Of a DNA stretch of 64,000 nucleotides, positions 25,377 through 38,800 are shown piece by piece. Under the pieces are notes generated by a model. That model ran no database searches. It was not told the origin of the DNA and saw only the letters and a list, made by a program, of their open reading frames with translations. Position 1 is the first letter of the stretch; every line of letters starts with the position of its first letter. Made by a program: the position numbers and the translations under genes. Origin of the DNA: Trichinella spiralis (Eukaryota); assembly GCF_000181795.1 (NCBI RefSeq), contig NW_003526944.1:2469434-2533433 (forward strand), given 5' to 3'.

Positions 25377-28282
25377 ATGTCCACTGAAAAAGACAATCCT
25401 GATGCTGGTATAATTAGTGACAAGACAACTGCCGTCGACGGAGAGCTGTTATCCGAAATATTGGGAATGGTGAATATTTCTTGTCCAAGTTTAAAATAAT
25501 CTGTTTATTGACTGGAATTTTCAATTTCAAAGGGCATCGATCTGCGTGAATATGCAAAAGATGTTCAAAAGCAGCTAAAGTCGGTCGAAGCGGATGCAAT
25601 ACAAGAATGTAAATTTGAATTTTTTCAAACTTTTTTTAACATTAACAATCTGTTGTTGTTGTATGTTCAGTTGTTCAGCAGGCGGAAAACATTGCCACGT
25701 TGCACAATGAAATTCGTAATTGCGATCAAATTTTGAACGTGATTAATTTGTTTTATTTGCATTTTTCTTTTTCTTTTTTTTTTGAAATCACCATTTCTTT
25801 GTTTACAGCAGATGGAGTCGATGTTGACAGCTTTTCAGTCGGATCTGGGCAACATCAGCAACGAGATTCAGTCGTTGCAAGAGCAGTCGGTGAAGATGAG
25901 CGTCAAGTTGAAAAATCGACAAGCCGTCCGAGGTGAACTGAGTCAGTTTATCGACGAAATCGTAGTCCCAGAAGTGATGATCAAGTACAATTTTTTTTGA
26001 ATTGAAATTTGTCGATGCAATTGCAATGTGTTGAATATAATTTTTTCTTTTTCTTTTCTTTTCTTTTCTTTTCTTTTTTTCCCACCAATTTTGCAGGACA
26101 ATTATCGACGAACCGGTGTCGGAGAGGCTTTTTCTTGAACAATTGCACGAATTGCAACACAAAATTGCATTCGTCAAGCAGCAAGCCTTTCGTGAAGCTC
26201 TTTCCTGCGTCGAAGTGGAAGGTCTATTGGAAAATCTACGACTGAAAGTATTTGTCGAAACGAAAACAAAATTTTTTTTTCTTTTTAATCAGTCTCTTTT
26301 CACTGATTCAGGCAACGGAAAAGACCAGAGATTTTTTGCTCAAGCGAATATACCAATTTCGCAAGCCGATGGCGAATTATCCAGTCACGCAGGGCACGTT
26401 GTTGAAATACAGATTCTATTTCGAATTTATACTTTCCAACGACCGTTACGTGGCCAAAGAGATTCGTGATGAGTACGTGAATACGACTAGTAAAATTTTC
26501 TACACCTACTTCAAAACGTACGCGAGTCGACTGATGAAACTCCAACTCGACGACGTTGCTACTAAAGATGATCTGCTGGGATCGGATGATTCTACGAAAA
26601 TGGTCAACATGTTCTCCACCAGACCGAACGTTCGCAACAGGGCGACGGTATTTTCGCTCGGCTCTCGCATGTCGGTATTGAAAGAGGATCTGGAAGCTCC
26701 GATTATCGTACCCCACGCGGCTGATCAGAATAAGCAAAAAGTAATTTATTTTCCAACTGGGATTCGGACGATTCCAACCGTCGTATTTTCACTCTTAGTT
26801 CCAATTTGAAGTGCTTTTTCGAAGCTTACTCTACGCGGTACTTGATCACGCTTGTCGAGAGTATTTTTTTCTTTGTGATTTTTTTCTCGTCTCCGGACAA
26901 CATTCTGTCGATATGTTCGATCAAGTTTTCAGCAAAGCTCTGCTAATTGTAACGGTAACTGTTGCCCGTCGTTGGTTCCATTGTTTTTTTCTTCTTATTA
27001 TGTTTTTTTTATTTATTTTATTTTTCACTTCTTCTCATCAAGAATGCCTGTGATGCGAACATGGCCAACTGTTTTGACTGTATTGCTTTGTTGCTTTGCA
27101 TTCACATTGTATATCGCTATCAGGCGATTGGAAGACAACGTGGTTTGCCAGTTTTGGAAAAGTATATCATCTATTTTATATTATTCAAACATTAATTTTC
27201 TTAATTAATTTTTCAGATTTTGGGAACAATTATTATTGGAACTGTGGCTGAGATTTGAACAAATCTTGACGGCCAATTTGACCAGCATGCGTGATTTGGA
27301 TGTGAAACGACTAGCTCCACTTGATTCAAGGCCACATTTTGTAATTTTACTGTTATCGGTTTTGTCTCTTTTTTCTTTCTTAATTTTAATTTATTCAGAT
27401 CATACGACGATATGGTGAATTTTTTGCAGCGTTGGCAGCTGTGAATGCGGATTTACCGGATGAAAAATTGCAACAATATCTTTACCGTTTGGAAAATGAA
27501 GTGGCTCATTTGTTGGCTCGTGCTATGCATGAATTCAAAAGCATCCGCGAAAGGACCATCTTTTTAATAAACAATTATGATTTGATCGTTTCAGTGTTGA
27601 TGGTATGAAAGATATATATATACATGTGCCCAATTGATGAATAAATGAAAATTTGCAGGAAAAATTACCCGGCGAATCGATTGATTCCCAAGAGAGTAGC
27701 AAACGTTTGCAGGCTTACATTACTGAGTACGCGGAACTGTTGCTCACCACCCACTTTGGCAGTTTGGTGAATTTCGTCTATCAAGCCGAGAGCCTCATTG
27801 AACAAGGCATGCAAGAGAAATTGAAAGATAATTCAGGTGAGCGAAATTTTGTGCCAGATGAAAGATTTTTTCCATCGCATTCCATTCTGCACGTGACACC
27901 ACGGCTTTTCGGTATCGTTTAGCCAACAATGTGCGGAACGTTGTGAAAACATTCAACAACGATTGGAAGAAGAACATTGAACAGATCAATCAAGAAGTGA
28001 TGTCCAGTTTTTCCAACTTTCGTGTCGGTACAGCAATTTTACAAGTAATATATATATATGTATATGTGCGCATATAAAAATGATTACATATTTGTATGCG
28101 AAACAAATAATAATAAGCAGTGCATATTTTAATTTTAGAAAACATTTTCTCAACTAATACAGTACTATCACCGGTTGCACAAAGTGTTGGCCATGCCAAC
28201 GTTGAATCACCCGGCCAGAAATGAATTGGTCAATATTCACAACCTGATGGTGGAAGTGAAGAAATACAAACCCATGTTTTGA
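25377..28282 (+). CDS. VPS52: GARP/EARP complex subunit VPS52
   Basis: GIDLREYAKDV, LHNEIRNCDQIL, MESMLTAFQSDLGNISNEIQSLQEQS..LKNRQAVRGELSQF, FRKPMANY, IFLINNYDLI, F(S)NFRVGTAILQ and the C-terminus NIHNLMVEVKKYKPMF*. Confidence 0.97.
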
Positions 28283-28370
28283 CCCATTGTAAAATGCACC
28301 AAAAACACATTGTTGTGAACATATTGGATAAATATGTTTGAATTGAAAAAAAACGTGCCTTTTGAAATTT

Positions 28371-29899
28371 CTACATGTCGTCCACTTCGTCCATTTCTTG
28401 CGCAGTATCCTCGAATTCCTCGGATGGAACGTACGACGGCCAGTCGAAAAGAGAAAGCAGCGATGTCAACGAGCCGCGATACTGGAACGTGTCGATCATT
28501 TCGACGGATTTTTTGATACAATGCAACGGTACACTCGTGTCCGGCAGATCCTGCAATAGTGGATAGAATGGGGCTTCGAGAAAGAAAAAGTAAAGTTCAT
28601 TTTCAAAAGTATCTATCTTCTTACATGAATCACATCCAACATGATGAACACTATTTCCGTGGTACATGGACGTAGGATCGGTTCCGTAGCCCAAGATCTG
28701 CAAATTCAAATGTAGAGAATGAAAAAAAGTGAAATCGAATCGAAAAGAATGATCGATTGATTGTATAGCACCGGTTGATCAGTTTGCTGATTTCTGGGGG
28801 TATGCCAGCTACGTGGTGTGGTCTGACACCTTCGAGCAGCATCCAGTAGATACTGTTGGAATTTGTCACATCACCGAACGGATGCTGGCGACTGTACATT
28901 TCCCACACGCAAATGGCCCAACTGTAGACGTCGGACTTTTCATCTCGGTCGCTGCCTGAAATGGTGGAAATTTTGCTGCTGAGCAAAAATGAATATTCTC
29001 TTCATGCCTTCCGTTCTTACTTCCTGATAACACTTCTGGTGCCATCCAGGACGAGCTTATGGGATTCGATGTCGTGTGACCTTCGCTTTGCAAAAAAGCG
29101 GAACCGAAATCGCACAACTTCAAAACTTGGCCTTTTTCGAACAGCAGTAAGCTAAGCAAAGAGAAACGACTTGAATAATAATCAATTGCTCTTCTATGCT
29201 ATGCTCTTGTTCACTGTACTTTGGTGTTTTCACGTCGCCGTGTATGATCGGCGACGGTAGTAGATTGTGCAAATATTTCAACGCTTGGGCCGTTTGAAGG
29301 GCCCAGTTGGCCACATTTCCGCGGCTGAAGAACACGGTCGGGTCGGTGGAATGGACAACTGAAATGGAAAATGATTATTTTTTTAAAAAAATTATTTAAA
29401 AACAATTATCGGCCGCTTCGTTCGTCATCTGACCATCGTATACGGAACCGACGTCGGCGAGTTCGGTTATTATTGCGAAAGGAACTATGCCAGTGTAACA
29501 GGCTCCGAAAATGGTGACAATGTTCGCATGAGAACGAACGTCGTTCAGAAATTTCACCTGAAACACAATGGACGATGATGATGATGATGATGATGGAGCT
29601 GGATAAACGAAAAGGGCATCGTTCACTTCTTTTTTCATCGTTTCCACGTGAGCGAAATCTTTCATACATTTCACCGCGACATCTGTACCGAAACAACGCC
29701 CCTTCATCACGACAGAAGTGGCCCCTTCGCTGATGATCTGAAAGAAAATTCAAATATTAAAAACAAATTCTTGAAACAACAATTCTCCAATGGTCATCGG
29801 TGGCCAAATCGAGTAGTCGATCCCCACCACCCGAATCACCTTTTGGACATAAACATTGTTGGAATGGACCACCGTGAACACTGTTTTTTTTTCTTCCAT
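28371..29899 (-). CDS. TAK1/MAP3K7-like TKL protein kinase, divergent and non-RD
   Basis: Spliced translation: MEEKKTVF..IISEGATSVVMKG..DVAVK..HANIVTIFGAC..NWALQTAQALKYLH..IIHGDVKTPNLLL..VLKLCDFGSA..SSSWMAPEV..EKSDVYSWAICVWEM..PF..IYWMLLEGVRP..IPPEISKLINRSWATEPILRP. Resembles the TAK1 kinase domain throughout. Confidence 0.85.
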
Positions 29900-30885
29900 T
29901 TTGTGGAAATGAACTTTTCGCCTTCGATCAAAATGTCCAACTCTGAAATTTCAACCAGTAATTTAAAATTTCCGACGCTACGTTCGCAAATTTCGGCTTC
30001 AAATGCGTTCCAGTCGAGCGATCTGTTGTTGTAGGAGAAATTTTTTAAAAAAAAGTTTTTTCTTTAAAAAAAAACCAAAAAAGCTTCTGCTGGGGACTGG
30101 AATTGAATCGACAAAGCACCAGTTTACAACAGTGATTTTATCAAGAAAACGAAAAGCTCTACTGGCTAAGCTGAACGACATGAAAAGCTGATTGGATAGA
30201 CAAAGAACAACAAGCGTTGGCCAGATTTCAAATACCGACAGGTTTGCTGCGTTCGACAAGCGCCGACCAGGCAGCTGCTAATGATCAAATTCGATTCAGC
30301 CGTGCCAATTTTTCCCAAAACAACCGAACAAATCTGAAAACAATTGCGAAAATTGGACCAAAAAACCCAAAACGAACCGTTTAGCGCTACGAAACAAAGT
30401 GATAATCAAGATATACAGTATATTGTTATTAATGGCATTTAGGCTCAATCGATGAAGTTTACTGTTGACAGTCAACATTTAAAAAATGTCTGTAAAAAAT
30501 TAATTAATCTTTTTATTTTAATTATTTATTCATTTATTTACATTTTTTTGGGGGTAGATTTGGCGGTGAAAAAAAATTTTTACATTCACCTCCAACAATT
30601 TGTTCGGCAAATGAACGATGACTTTTTAAAAATTGCAATTATCAATTATTACCACTGTTCGACAAATTTCGTTCATTTTATTCTCTGAAACAAACAAGTG
30701 GCAAAATTTATGGACAAAGTAATTTATGACGAATAAATGCGATTTTTGACAGAACAAAAAGAGAAAAGAAAAAGAATTTGTCATCCGGAAAAAACTGTTT
30801 TACTCAGCACTAGCAAGAGAAAGAGCATCAATATCATCAAAAGGAAAAGTTTATTCGGTAATTGAATTCAGTTTAAATAGAAATT

Positions 30886-31841
30886 TCAGCCTCGTTCTTC
30901 ACCGATTTCATCTTCATTTGCACATTCATCAAACCCATTCGACGGCAATTCAGCAATATCTGACAATGGTCCGTTCAAAATTTGGCGGTGTCGATTACGA
31001 GAAACGTTTTGATACTTGAAATAGATTTCACAAATGCTCTTCACGGCCATAGTCAACAGACCGCCAGCCAGAGTACGATAAAAAGAGGAACTGATAACGT
31101 TGCCCAGCAGAATATCACCAACCCAAGAGGCAATTGTGGGCATCAGCACTGCATAACAAATGGAACGGGTAAACGAATGTGCCACCTCGACTGACGCCGA
31201 CGGTGGATTTTGTCTCTAACCAAAAAACGGTAGTGTAGAAAAAATTTTATAATAAGAACAAATTCGAGTTCGAGAATAAAAAAGAGTTCCATTCAACTTA
31301 CTGGTAGTAGAAGTCGTTCGAACATTGCTGCCACACTGTTCTCCCAATGGAACAATTGAAGTGACATCAGTGAAATCGGTATCGCAGGAAATAAAACGAA
31401 AAGCAAAGCTGGGTGAAGTCGAGACAGAATTTCAAACGCGTCAGCATCGCCGAACACCTGGATAAAGGTTACACCACCGAAAGTTACCGCAATCCAATAT
31501 ATCGAACCAAAAACGAAAGCTCCGGTTAAGACCGGACAGACGTACGAAATCGCTTGATCCACCTTTATAAGCAGCTTCATCGGTAAAGGAAATGCGGGAT
31601 AGCGAAGACGATACTGGTAACCACACTGTGTACATTGAACCGGCGTTAAACTGTCGCCCATTTGCATCACGTCGATCCAGCGCTGCAAGCAGTTCTCATG
31701 CACCCATTTCGTCGATCCACAACACAAGCACGGATTCAACCAGTTTGAATTTTTACTTTCTTCCTTACTTTCCAAACAAAAAAAGCACACATCCGATGTT
31801 TGAGGGGCATCCTGCACCGATTGCACTTCCGTGCTTGACAT
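30886..31841 (-). CDS. MARCHF5: Mitochondrial RING-CH E3 ubiquitin ligase MARCH5
   Basis: RING-CH domain CFFC..WLNPCLCCGSTKWVHENCLQRWID..VQCTQC, then GSIYWIAVTFGGVT..QVFG and TRSICYAVLMPTIA..RTLAGG..IYFKYQ..RQILN. Two exons. Confidence 0.93.
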
Positions 31842-32346
31842 TTCGAATGTTGCAAAAACGATAACACAATGATTACACTGAAAAATAGTATAATACAATT
31901 AAAGATTTTCAAGATTAAATAATTTATGATCATTCCAAAAATAATTTCTTTCAATTTCATAAATAAATGATAATTTTAATACATTTTTACTAATTTATTA
32001 ATTAAAAATTCAAATAAAATAATATAACATACCAGGTAAATTCAGTTGCTAAAAAGTGAAAATTGAATTTTTAAAATTTCAAATTTGTTATCGCTAAAAT
32101 TTTGCGGCTTATGCAATGTTGATAATATTCATTTTTGTTTATTTTTTATGAAGTTAATTAATTACTCAATGACAATCAGGACATGTGTACAACTTGAAGT
32201 TTTTTATTTACACAGTATACTACAGCAATTTTACGGCACTTGAGAACTGTATTTATCTTGTGCTACTGTTACGTTTGACTTTAACTTTTTAATGGACAAT
32301 CTTGAATTGTCAAACGATTATTACTGAAAGTTTTGCGCAAACGACG

Positions 32347-35300
32347 ATGAAACTTTTGTTATTGTTCGAAATTTTTATACTGGGTATGATTTTATCGAAT
32401 TACTCGATTAGTTGTTTTATAATTTAATGATCACATGATAATAATTATTATTTTTTATTTAGTTTTTAGCACTCAGGGAAAGAGAATTCTTGAAAATATT
32501 TATGTCAAGTTGAACACTTCTTATTCGTGTTCTTTGATTTTGAACGGCACCCACGAATTTGGCTGCAAATGTGAATTTTATATTACCGAAATTGTTCGTT
32601 TGTCCATTGTTTAATATGATCATTTTAGCTTATCTAAATGGAAACAAAGGTGTTCTATTTTGGGCTAGATCATTGGAAGATTTGAATTACATCCAGTCTG
32701 ATGAAAGCCAAATCGGTCCATATGTGCTCATGATTGAATCATCGAATCTCGTATCGCTGTGAGATTTTAGCGTAGTTAAACATTTTGTAGCCAACTGAAC
32801 AAATTGTTTATTTATCTTCTAGCGGATACACATGGTTTCAACGCATAAAAAGCAACATTGCTGGCCTGTTAATTTACGTTAATGAATCGAACGTGAATGA
32901 TTTAAACTTTAGCGAAGATACTCATTGTCCGAATTCAAATTTTGGTATGTATTTAACTTTTATTTAAAATTTAAATTTATTCAAATTATTTTTTAATTTT
33001 TTTTCATATTTTGATATTTTTGTAATGTGGAAATTTTTTCACAAATAGTCAGTGAATGAATTTTCAGATATTTATACCGAAGATCCAGATTACAGTAACT
33101 GCAAAAAGAACGAATGGAATAAATATGGCAATGGAATTCGTTTCTTTTATTGGGGAATTCCAGTGTTTCTTGTTCTAAATGAAACTGAAGTCCAACTATT
33201 GATTGACAAGGTATTACCGATAGAGTTTGTTTTCATTCTAAGTCCATATATTTATTATCGTTAATAATTTTTAGTGTTTTATGAATTATAATTATGCAAC
33301 TTATGGAAATTCAGTGAAATGGCCACTTTGTGCTGCTGAACTGACTGATTTCAAATTGGCTGCTGGCGATGCAGAGCGATGCATACGCAGAAATGAAATG
33401 AACAACATATTCACAGCCCCAGGTGAGATTCATGAGACATTGTTTGATCACTTTTAAAATATTTAATCGTATATTTCAAATTCAGTTTATTACTGCATGC
33501 CTATTCAAAATTGGAACGTCTACGCATTTCTACCTCAGCGATCATCGGAAACGTTGGCCAAAAATCACAGCGTATTTATGCTGATGTCAAGAGTTAGTAT
33601 CAGTTGATGAAACTTTTTTCATTTGTCAACATATTAACTGTTGTGTTGTTCAGGTCGATTCCTTTACAATGTTTGACGATATGGATTATGGTTCTTCTGC
33701 CATCTCTTCATTGCTTGTCATTTTGGCTGTTTCGGAAGCTCTCGGCAAAGATGCGCATCGCATTGCAGACCTGTCCGCCAAAAACGACCGACAGCTACTT
33801 CTGGCGTTGTTTGCAGGCGTATGTGGCGTCGTCAATGATTGATTTATTCAAATTAGACTTCTAGTTTTGATTTTAGGAATCGTTTGATTATATTGGTTCA
33901 TCTCGAATGGTTTGGGAAATGATGCACAACAATTTTCCGGCAACGGATAGCGGCATACATTCGGAAGCTTTAGCGACATTATCGAATTTGGGCTTTTTGT
34001 TGGAAGTGGGCGATTTGACTTATTCTAACGATTCTTTGTACATGCACATTGATCCAAGATCGTATCAGAAATATGGTTCTGTGAAAGAAAAGGTTTTTTA
34101 AATTGAAATTCATTTGTCGAAAAAAAATTTTTTTTCCAAAGTAACGTTTTCAAATTTAGATTGACATGACGGTTAAGGCGTTGAGGGAACACAGTTCCAG
34201 TGTCCAGTTTATTTCAGACAAGCCTCTACCTCCTTCATCTTTGCATAGTTTTCTCAAAGAAGACGATTCCATCCCGGCTATTGCTATTACTGGCTATGGA
34301 TCATCATTTACAAACAGGTACGTAGAAATTGTTTAGCAATATTTAGTAAAGTTTTCGTTTCTTTTATGCTTTTATTCATTATTTGAATTTTTGCTTTTGT
34401 AACACAGTTTGTGCAACAACACATGTGCATATTTTGTTTTAAATACAATTTGACTTTTTGGAACAAACCAATTGTTTAATATTTCCATTGATGAATAAAA
34501 ATATTACTCGAGCACTTAATACAAGTAATCAGGTATTACATACAGTAAGCTACTATTTGGAAAATTGTTTGAAAAATGTTTCGAAGATTTTTCTTGCTTA
34601 TTTTCAAATAAATCAGTTGACGAATTTTATTAAAATTTGTACGATATATTGTCTTGTTGTAGATTTTACAATTCATTTTTGGATCAACCTCGATTTTTAA
34701 ATATTCCCGAGTACAAGAAAACAGCGTTGGATGTGGCAAATTCGCTCGTCAAATTGAGTCTGCGTTGGTTGAACAATGATGTGGATGTGTTGGATCCTCC
34801 GGTCATCAATCAGACAATGGTCTATTTTTTATTTTAAACTCTTTTGAATTTTTGAACCAAAATGTTCTCCTTCAGTTTGACATTATGACCGATTGTTTTC
34901 TCCAATGGCCAAATTTCAATTGCACTTTGTTTCTCCAATTGTCAGAGAGTTTGCCACCTTCGTGGCATGATATGGCATTGAAGGCTTTAACGAGTATTAT
35001 GTTGTTTTGAATTATCAGTTTAATTGTTATTTTGTGTTTGTTTTTTAGCAGTTCCAGGAAGGCGAACGTTTACCGGAATAGGACCCGAATATATGATTTT
35101 ACCGAGCCGAGTGTATTCCGAATTGTTGATGTTTTACTTTTTGGGTGAACGGGTAGAAAGTGGTGCTAATTTGACATATAAAAGCTGCTTTGAAATGAAT
35201 AACACGAATCCGGTGAGAATTGAAAAAAAAATATATATAACTGACTTTTTACATTTGTGAGAAATTTTCTTTCTGTTAGCTTCAAAATTGCTTGTTCTAT

Positions 35301-35691
35301 CGAGAATTGTTCCTGCATGATACATCGGATGCAAACAATTACTGTATTTGTTCTCCTGTGAAACACTCTCTGGCGAGGTCTCCGGCGTTTGATATTGCAG
35401 GTATGTCATGTGCAATTGTTATATTTCTATGTTCATGTGTGTTCATGAGTTCCATTTTCAACAACAACTCTTTTCCCAGATTATAATTACAAGTCGGGTA
35501 AGTATTCCACTTGGGTGATGTCTCTGGTGAACAACGAGCCTACTATGCGGATATATCTAGTCAACAGTCCTGCTTGGCAGTTGACGGTCTTTTTAACTGG
35601 AATAGGCTTGTTTTTTGTATCGTTATTTTTTATCCACGTCATCACTAAGTCGTCGCATCTGTTATTCAGCGACTCGCTAGTGGCTGTATGA
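32347..35691 (+). CDS. NCSTN: Nicastrin (gamma-secretase subunit, APH-2 orthologue)
   Basis: Signal peptide; CSLILNGTHEFGC; WNKYGNG; WPLCAAEL..AAGDAERCIRR; the hallmark AGESFDYIGSSRMVWEM; LPPSSLHSFL; SLARSPAFD; YSTW; then a TM segment and short tail. Confidence 0.96.
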
Positions 35692-35885
35692 AGGAATGGA
35701 TGGATGGCTGATTGGTGATGATGATGATGATAATCACGTGTGTCTGTCTTCTTCTTTTCAATACAAGAGAGCAAAACAAAATAACCGATATTACTTATTT
35801 GATCATTTTAATGACGAGATGTGTTAAGTAGTAGAATAAAAAAAAGAAAAAAAGGAGAAAACCATCAAATTTCAAAAAGTACTGT

Positions 35886-38800
35886 TCAAATGGTGTGATA
35901 TTTTCTGGCACACAGCAATGCGTGCATGCGTTCTTTGGCCGGTTCGAAGTTCTCTTGTAAAAGAACGGTAGAATAGTAGAAAGCCAGTGCACGCTGCCAG
36001 TCGCCCTTGAAAAATAACAACACGATTATTTTTTCTGTCAACAACAACAACAACATTTGCCTCACCAATGATGCATAAGTGTTAGCTAAGATGAAGTGAA
36101 TGATCACCAGCTTTGGCGACAGACGCAGAGCTGCACCGGCTACGATCAACGCCGAACGGAACCAACCGCTTCGCTGGTAAACATTGGCAAGGCTGATCCA
36201 ACCTAGGTCCTGTGTAAGCACGGTTTTAGAACATTTTCACCTGTAATTAATGCTAAGGAAGAACCTTCATCGACGTTGGCGCGTAGGCGATAGAATGTCT
36301 GAGACAGTCGATTGCCATTGATGAATTACCAATAGTTCGCCAGTAGACAGAAGCCACCAAACTGCACAGCCAGATGTCATCTGCATATACATATATATTC
36401 ACAAGTGCACAAAAAAGTATAGTTGTTTATACTGGATGGATTTTGCATTGCATGTGCGATTCGAGTGGCAACCATCTGCAGACTTTCGGCACGATTTGGG
36501 ATCAAGCTCAAGAGCACTTCGGCAAGACCCTTTTCAGGCTTGTAATCAACGGCTGACTCGTCACGCCTTGTGAAACCAGCCAAATGATCCATGGTCCACA
36601 TGTTGCCGGCAAAATCGGTCGGACAGATTGGTTCAAGAAATTCTTCCTCAATAGGTGGCACTTCGAAGTGCAAAAGTTTTCCAACGCTAAAACAGCAGAA
36701 ACCAAGCACTGATTACAAACAACAACGAGAACGAGAAAAGATAACACACTCTAATCCTTTGCTTTGTGGAGACAACCACATGGATATGGACGAGTCGAAG
36801 TTGAAATTTCTCAGTCGTTGTTGGCATTCGGCCAAAGTGTGATGAACGTGATCAACGACCACCGGTCTAGCATCGTAAATATGCAAAGGCAATTCTGGCA
36901 ACACGGCTGGCAGGCGTGTGTCTTTCTGCAATCTGGCGACGTGACGATGCGGCGGCGACGGCAATGGTGGTGGTGGTGGTGGTGGTGCAGATGGACGAAC
37001 ATTTTCCAATTCTTCATTTGGAATTTGCACGGCCACGTCGACAAATGTGGCTCTTTTCGTCGATTTACGACCACGTTCCACCTCGGGTTGCACGTAGGAA
37101 CCGTCGGCCAAGCTCAGTGCAGGTTCGTAGTCGTCGTCGGCATCCAATTCCTCTTCCAATGGAATCGACTGTTGACGACGTACCCGTTCGCACAGTTCTT
37201 CACTGCTGCTGCTGCTTTTCATGATCATCTCGTTGAAGCTATTGCGCTGGCCACAACTGTTTGACGTCTCAGACCATCGGCGGTTCAACTTTTCCACAAA
37301 ACAGGGTAAATTTTCCACACCCTACACGTTGTAGAAAATGTGAATAGAACAAAAATTCCAAACTGTATACTGACACGATCTGAAAGCTTAGTTGGAACGA
37401 ACTTGATCAAGCAGGCGAGCAGCTCGGAGAAGTTGGACAATTTCACGCCGACTCTTCGGTTCCAATTCCAAACTCAGTGTCAAATGTTCCACCGCTGACG
37501 AATAACTGTGATTCAAAGTCAAATAATAACCGAGAAGATGATGGGAATCAGGCTACAATGAAACGACACAAAATTAACTACTCATACACTCGACCGACAC
37601 GCATGCTATTTTTATGTTGTATGCTAATTGTTGGGCATATTTTCTTACTTCAGAATTGTCAACTTGTATCGCTTTTTCGGCTAGATCGATAGCATCGGCA
37701 AGTTGACCACCAATCTGATGCGTTAAAACGCTGAGCTGTGTTAGCGCTATGTCGTTGTAAGCAACACCGTCTGGATCATTCAACGCTACGCACAAGCACG
37801 CAAATGCTTCACCGTACATGTTCAACATACGCCAATACAACGCTGCCAAATTGAACATCAGCCACGTTGGTCCCATTCTCTAAACATAAATTCAGTCCAC
37901 ACCGATCTCACTTTCATCTGTGTGCACTTGCAATTCTCCCCCCCCCCTCTCTTACATATTTGATCATGGTAAACAAAAATTGGCCAAGTTCATGTTCTGG
38001 ATTTTGCAATGGTCCTATCATCTGCTGGACATGCTGGAATGGAGAAATATATAGCGAATTATGTTTTTTTTCTTTTCATTTACAACATTTTATTCCATGC
38101 TTATCAGATGGTGGTGGTTATTACTTCACGCAAAGCAGGATCGACTTTTCTGATAATGTCGTCGTCACTTTCATAAACGTTGACCAATTTGTACAGTTCA
38201 AACAGACGATCTCCGGAAGGAAGTTGGACAATGTTCACGTTGGTCATGAACGGTTTACACATCGGACGTTGTTCGACCAACGATTCGGCAGCAAAACCCT
38301 CCCGGAACTTGACGTAAATTTTCCAAAATTCTTTCACTCTGAAATTTCAAAAAAGACAACCAAACAAAAAAATTTCAGAAACAATCAATATATATAAGCT
38401 AACCATTGCCCACTCACTTTACACCTTTGCTGTCCGAGTGGATGAACAATGATGGAGGATTTTCTGGAATTTTCCAACATGTTTCAGATGATGTCGAACT
38501 CGGACTATTTGCATCCGAATAATTCGGTTTGTCGTCTGCCAAATTCCACTGACTTGGAAATTTAACTCCTACATCCAATGGATACAATGGTAAATCGTCA
38601 AATTCTTCACTTGCGTCTTCTTCTTCTTCCTCTGCTACTCCATCTTCTAACATCTACAAACGAGGTATATAATGATGGAATGAAATTTGTGCAATTCTTC
38701 TTTTTTTTTCTCTTCTGATGCACTGAATAATTACAAAAGTTACAAACCTTAGGCGAGAGTTGCTTTCCCTTGCGAATTTGCTTGTTTTCTGCATTCTCAA

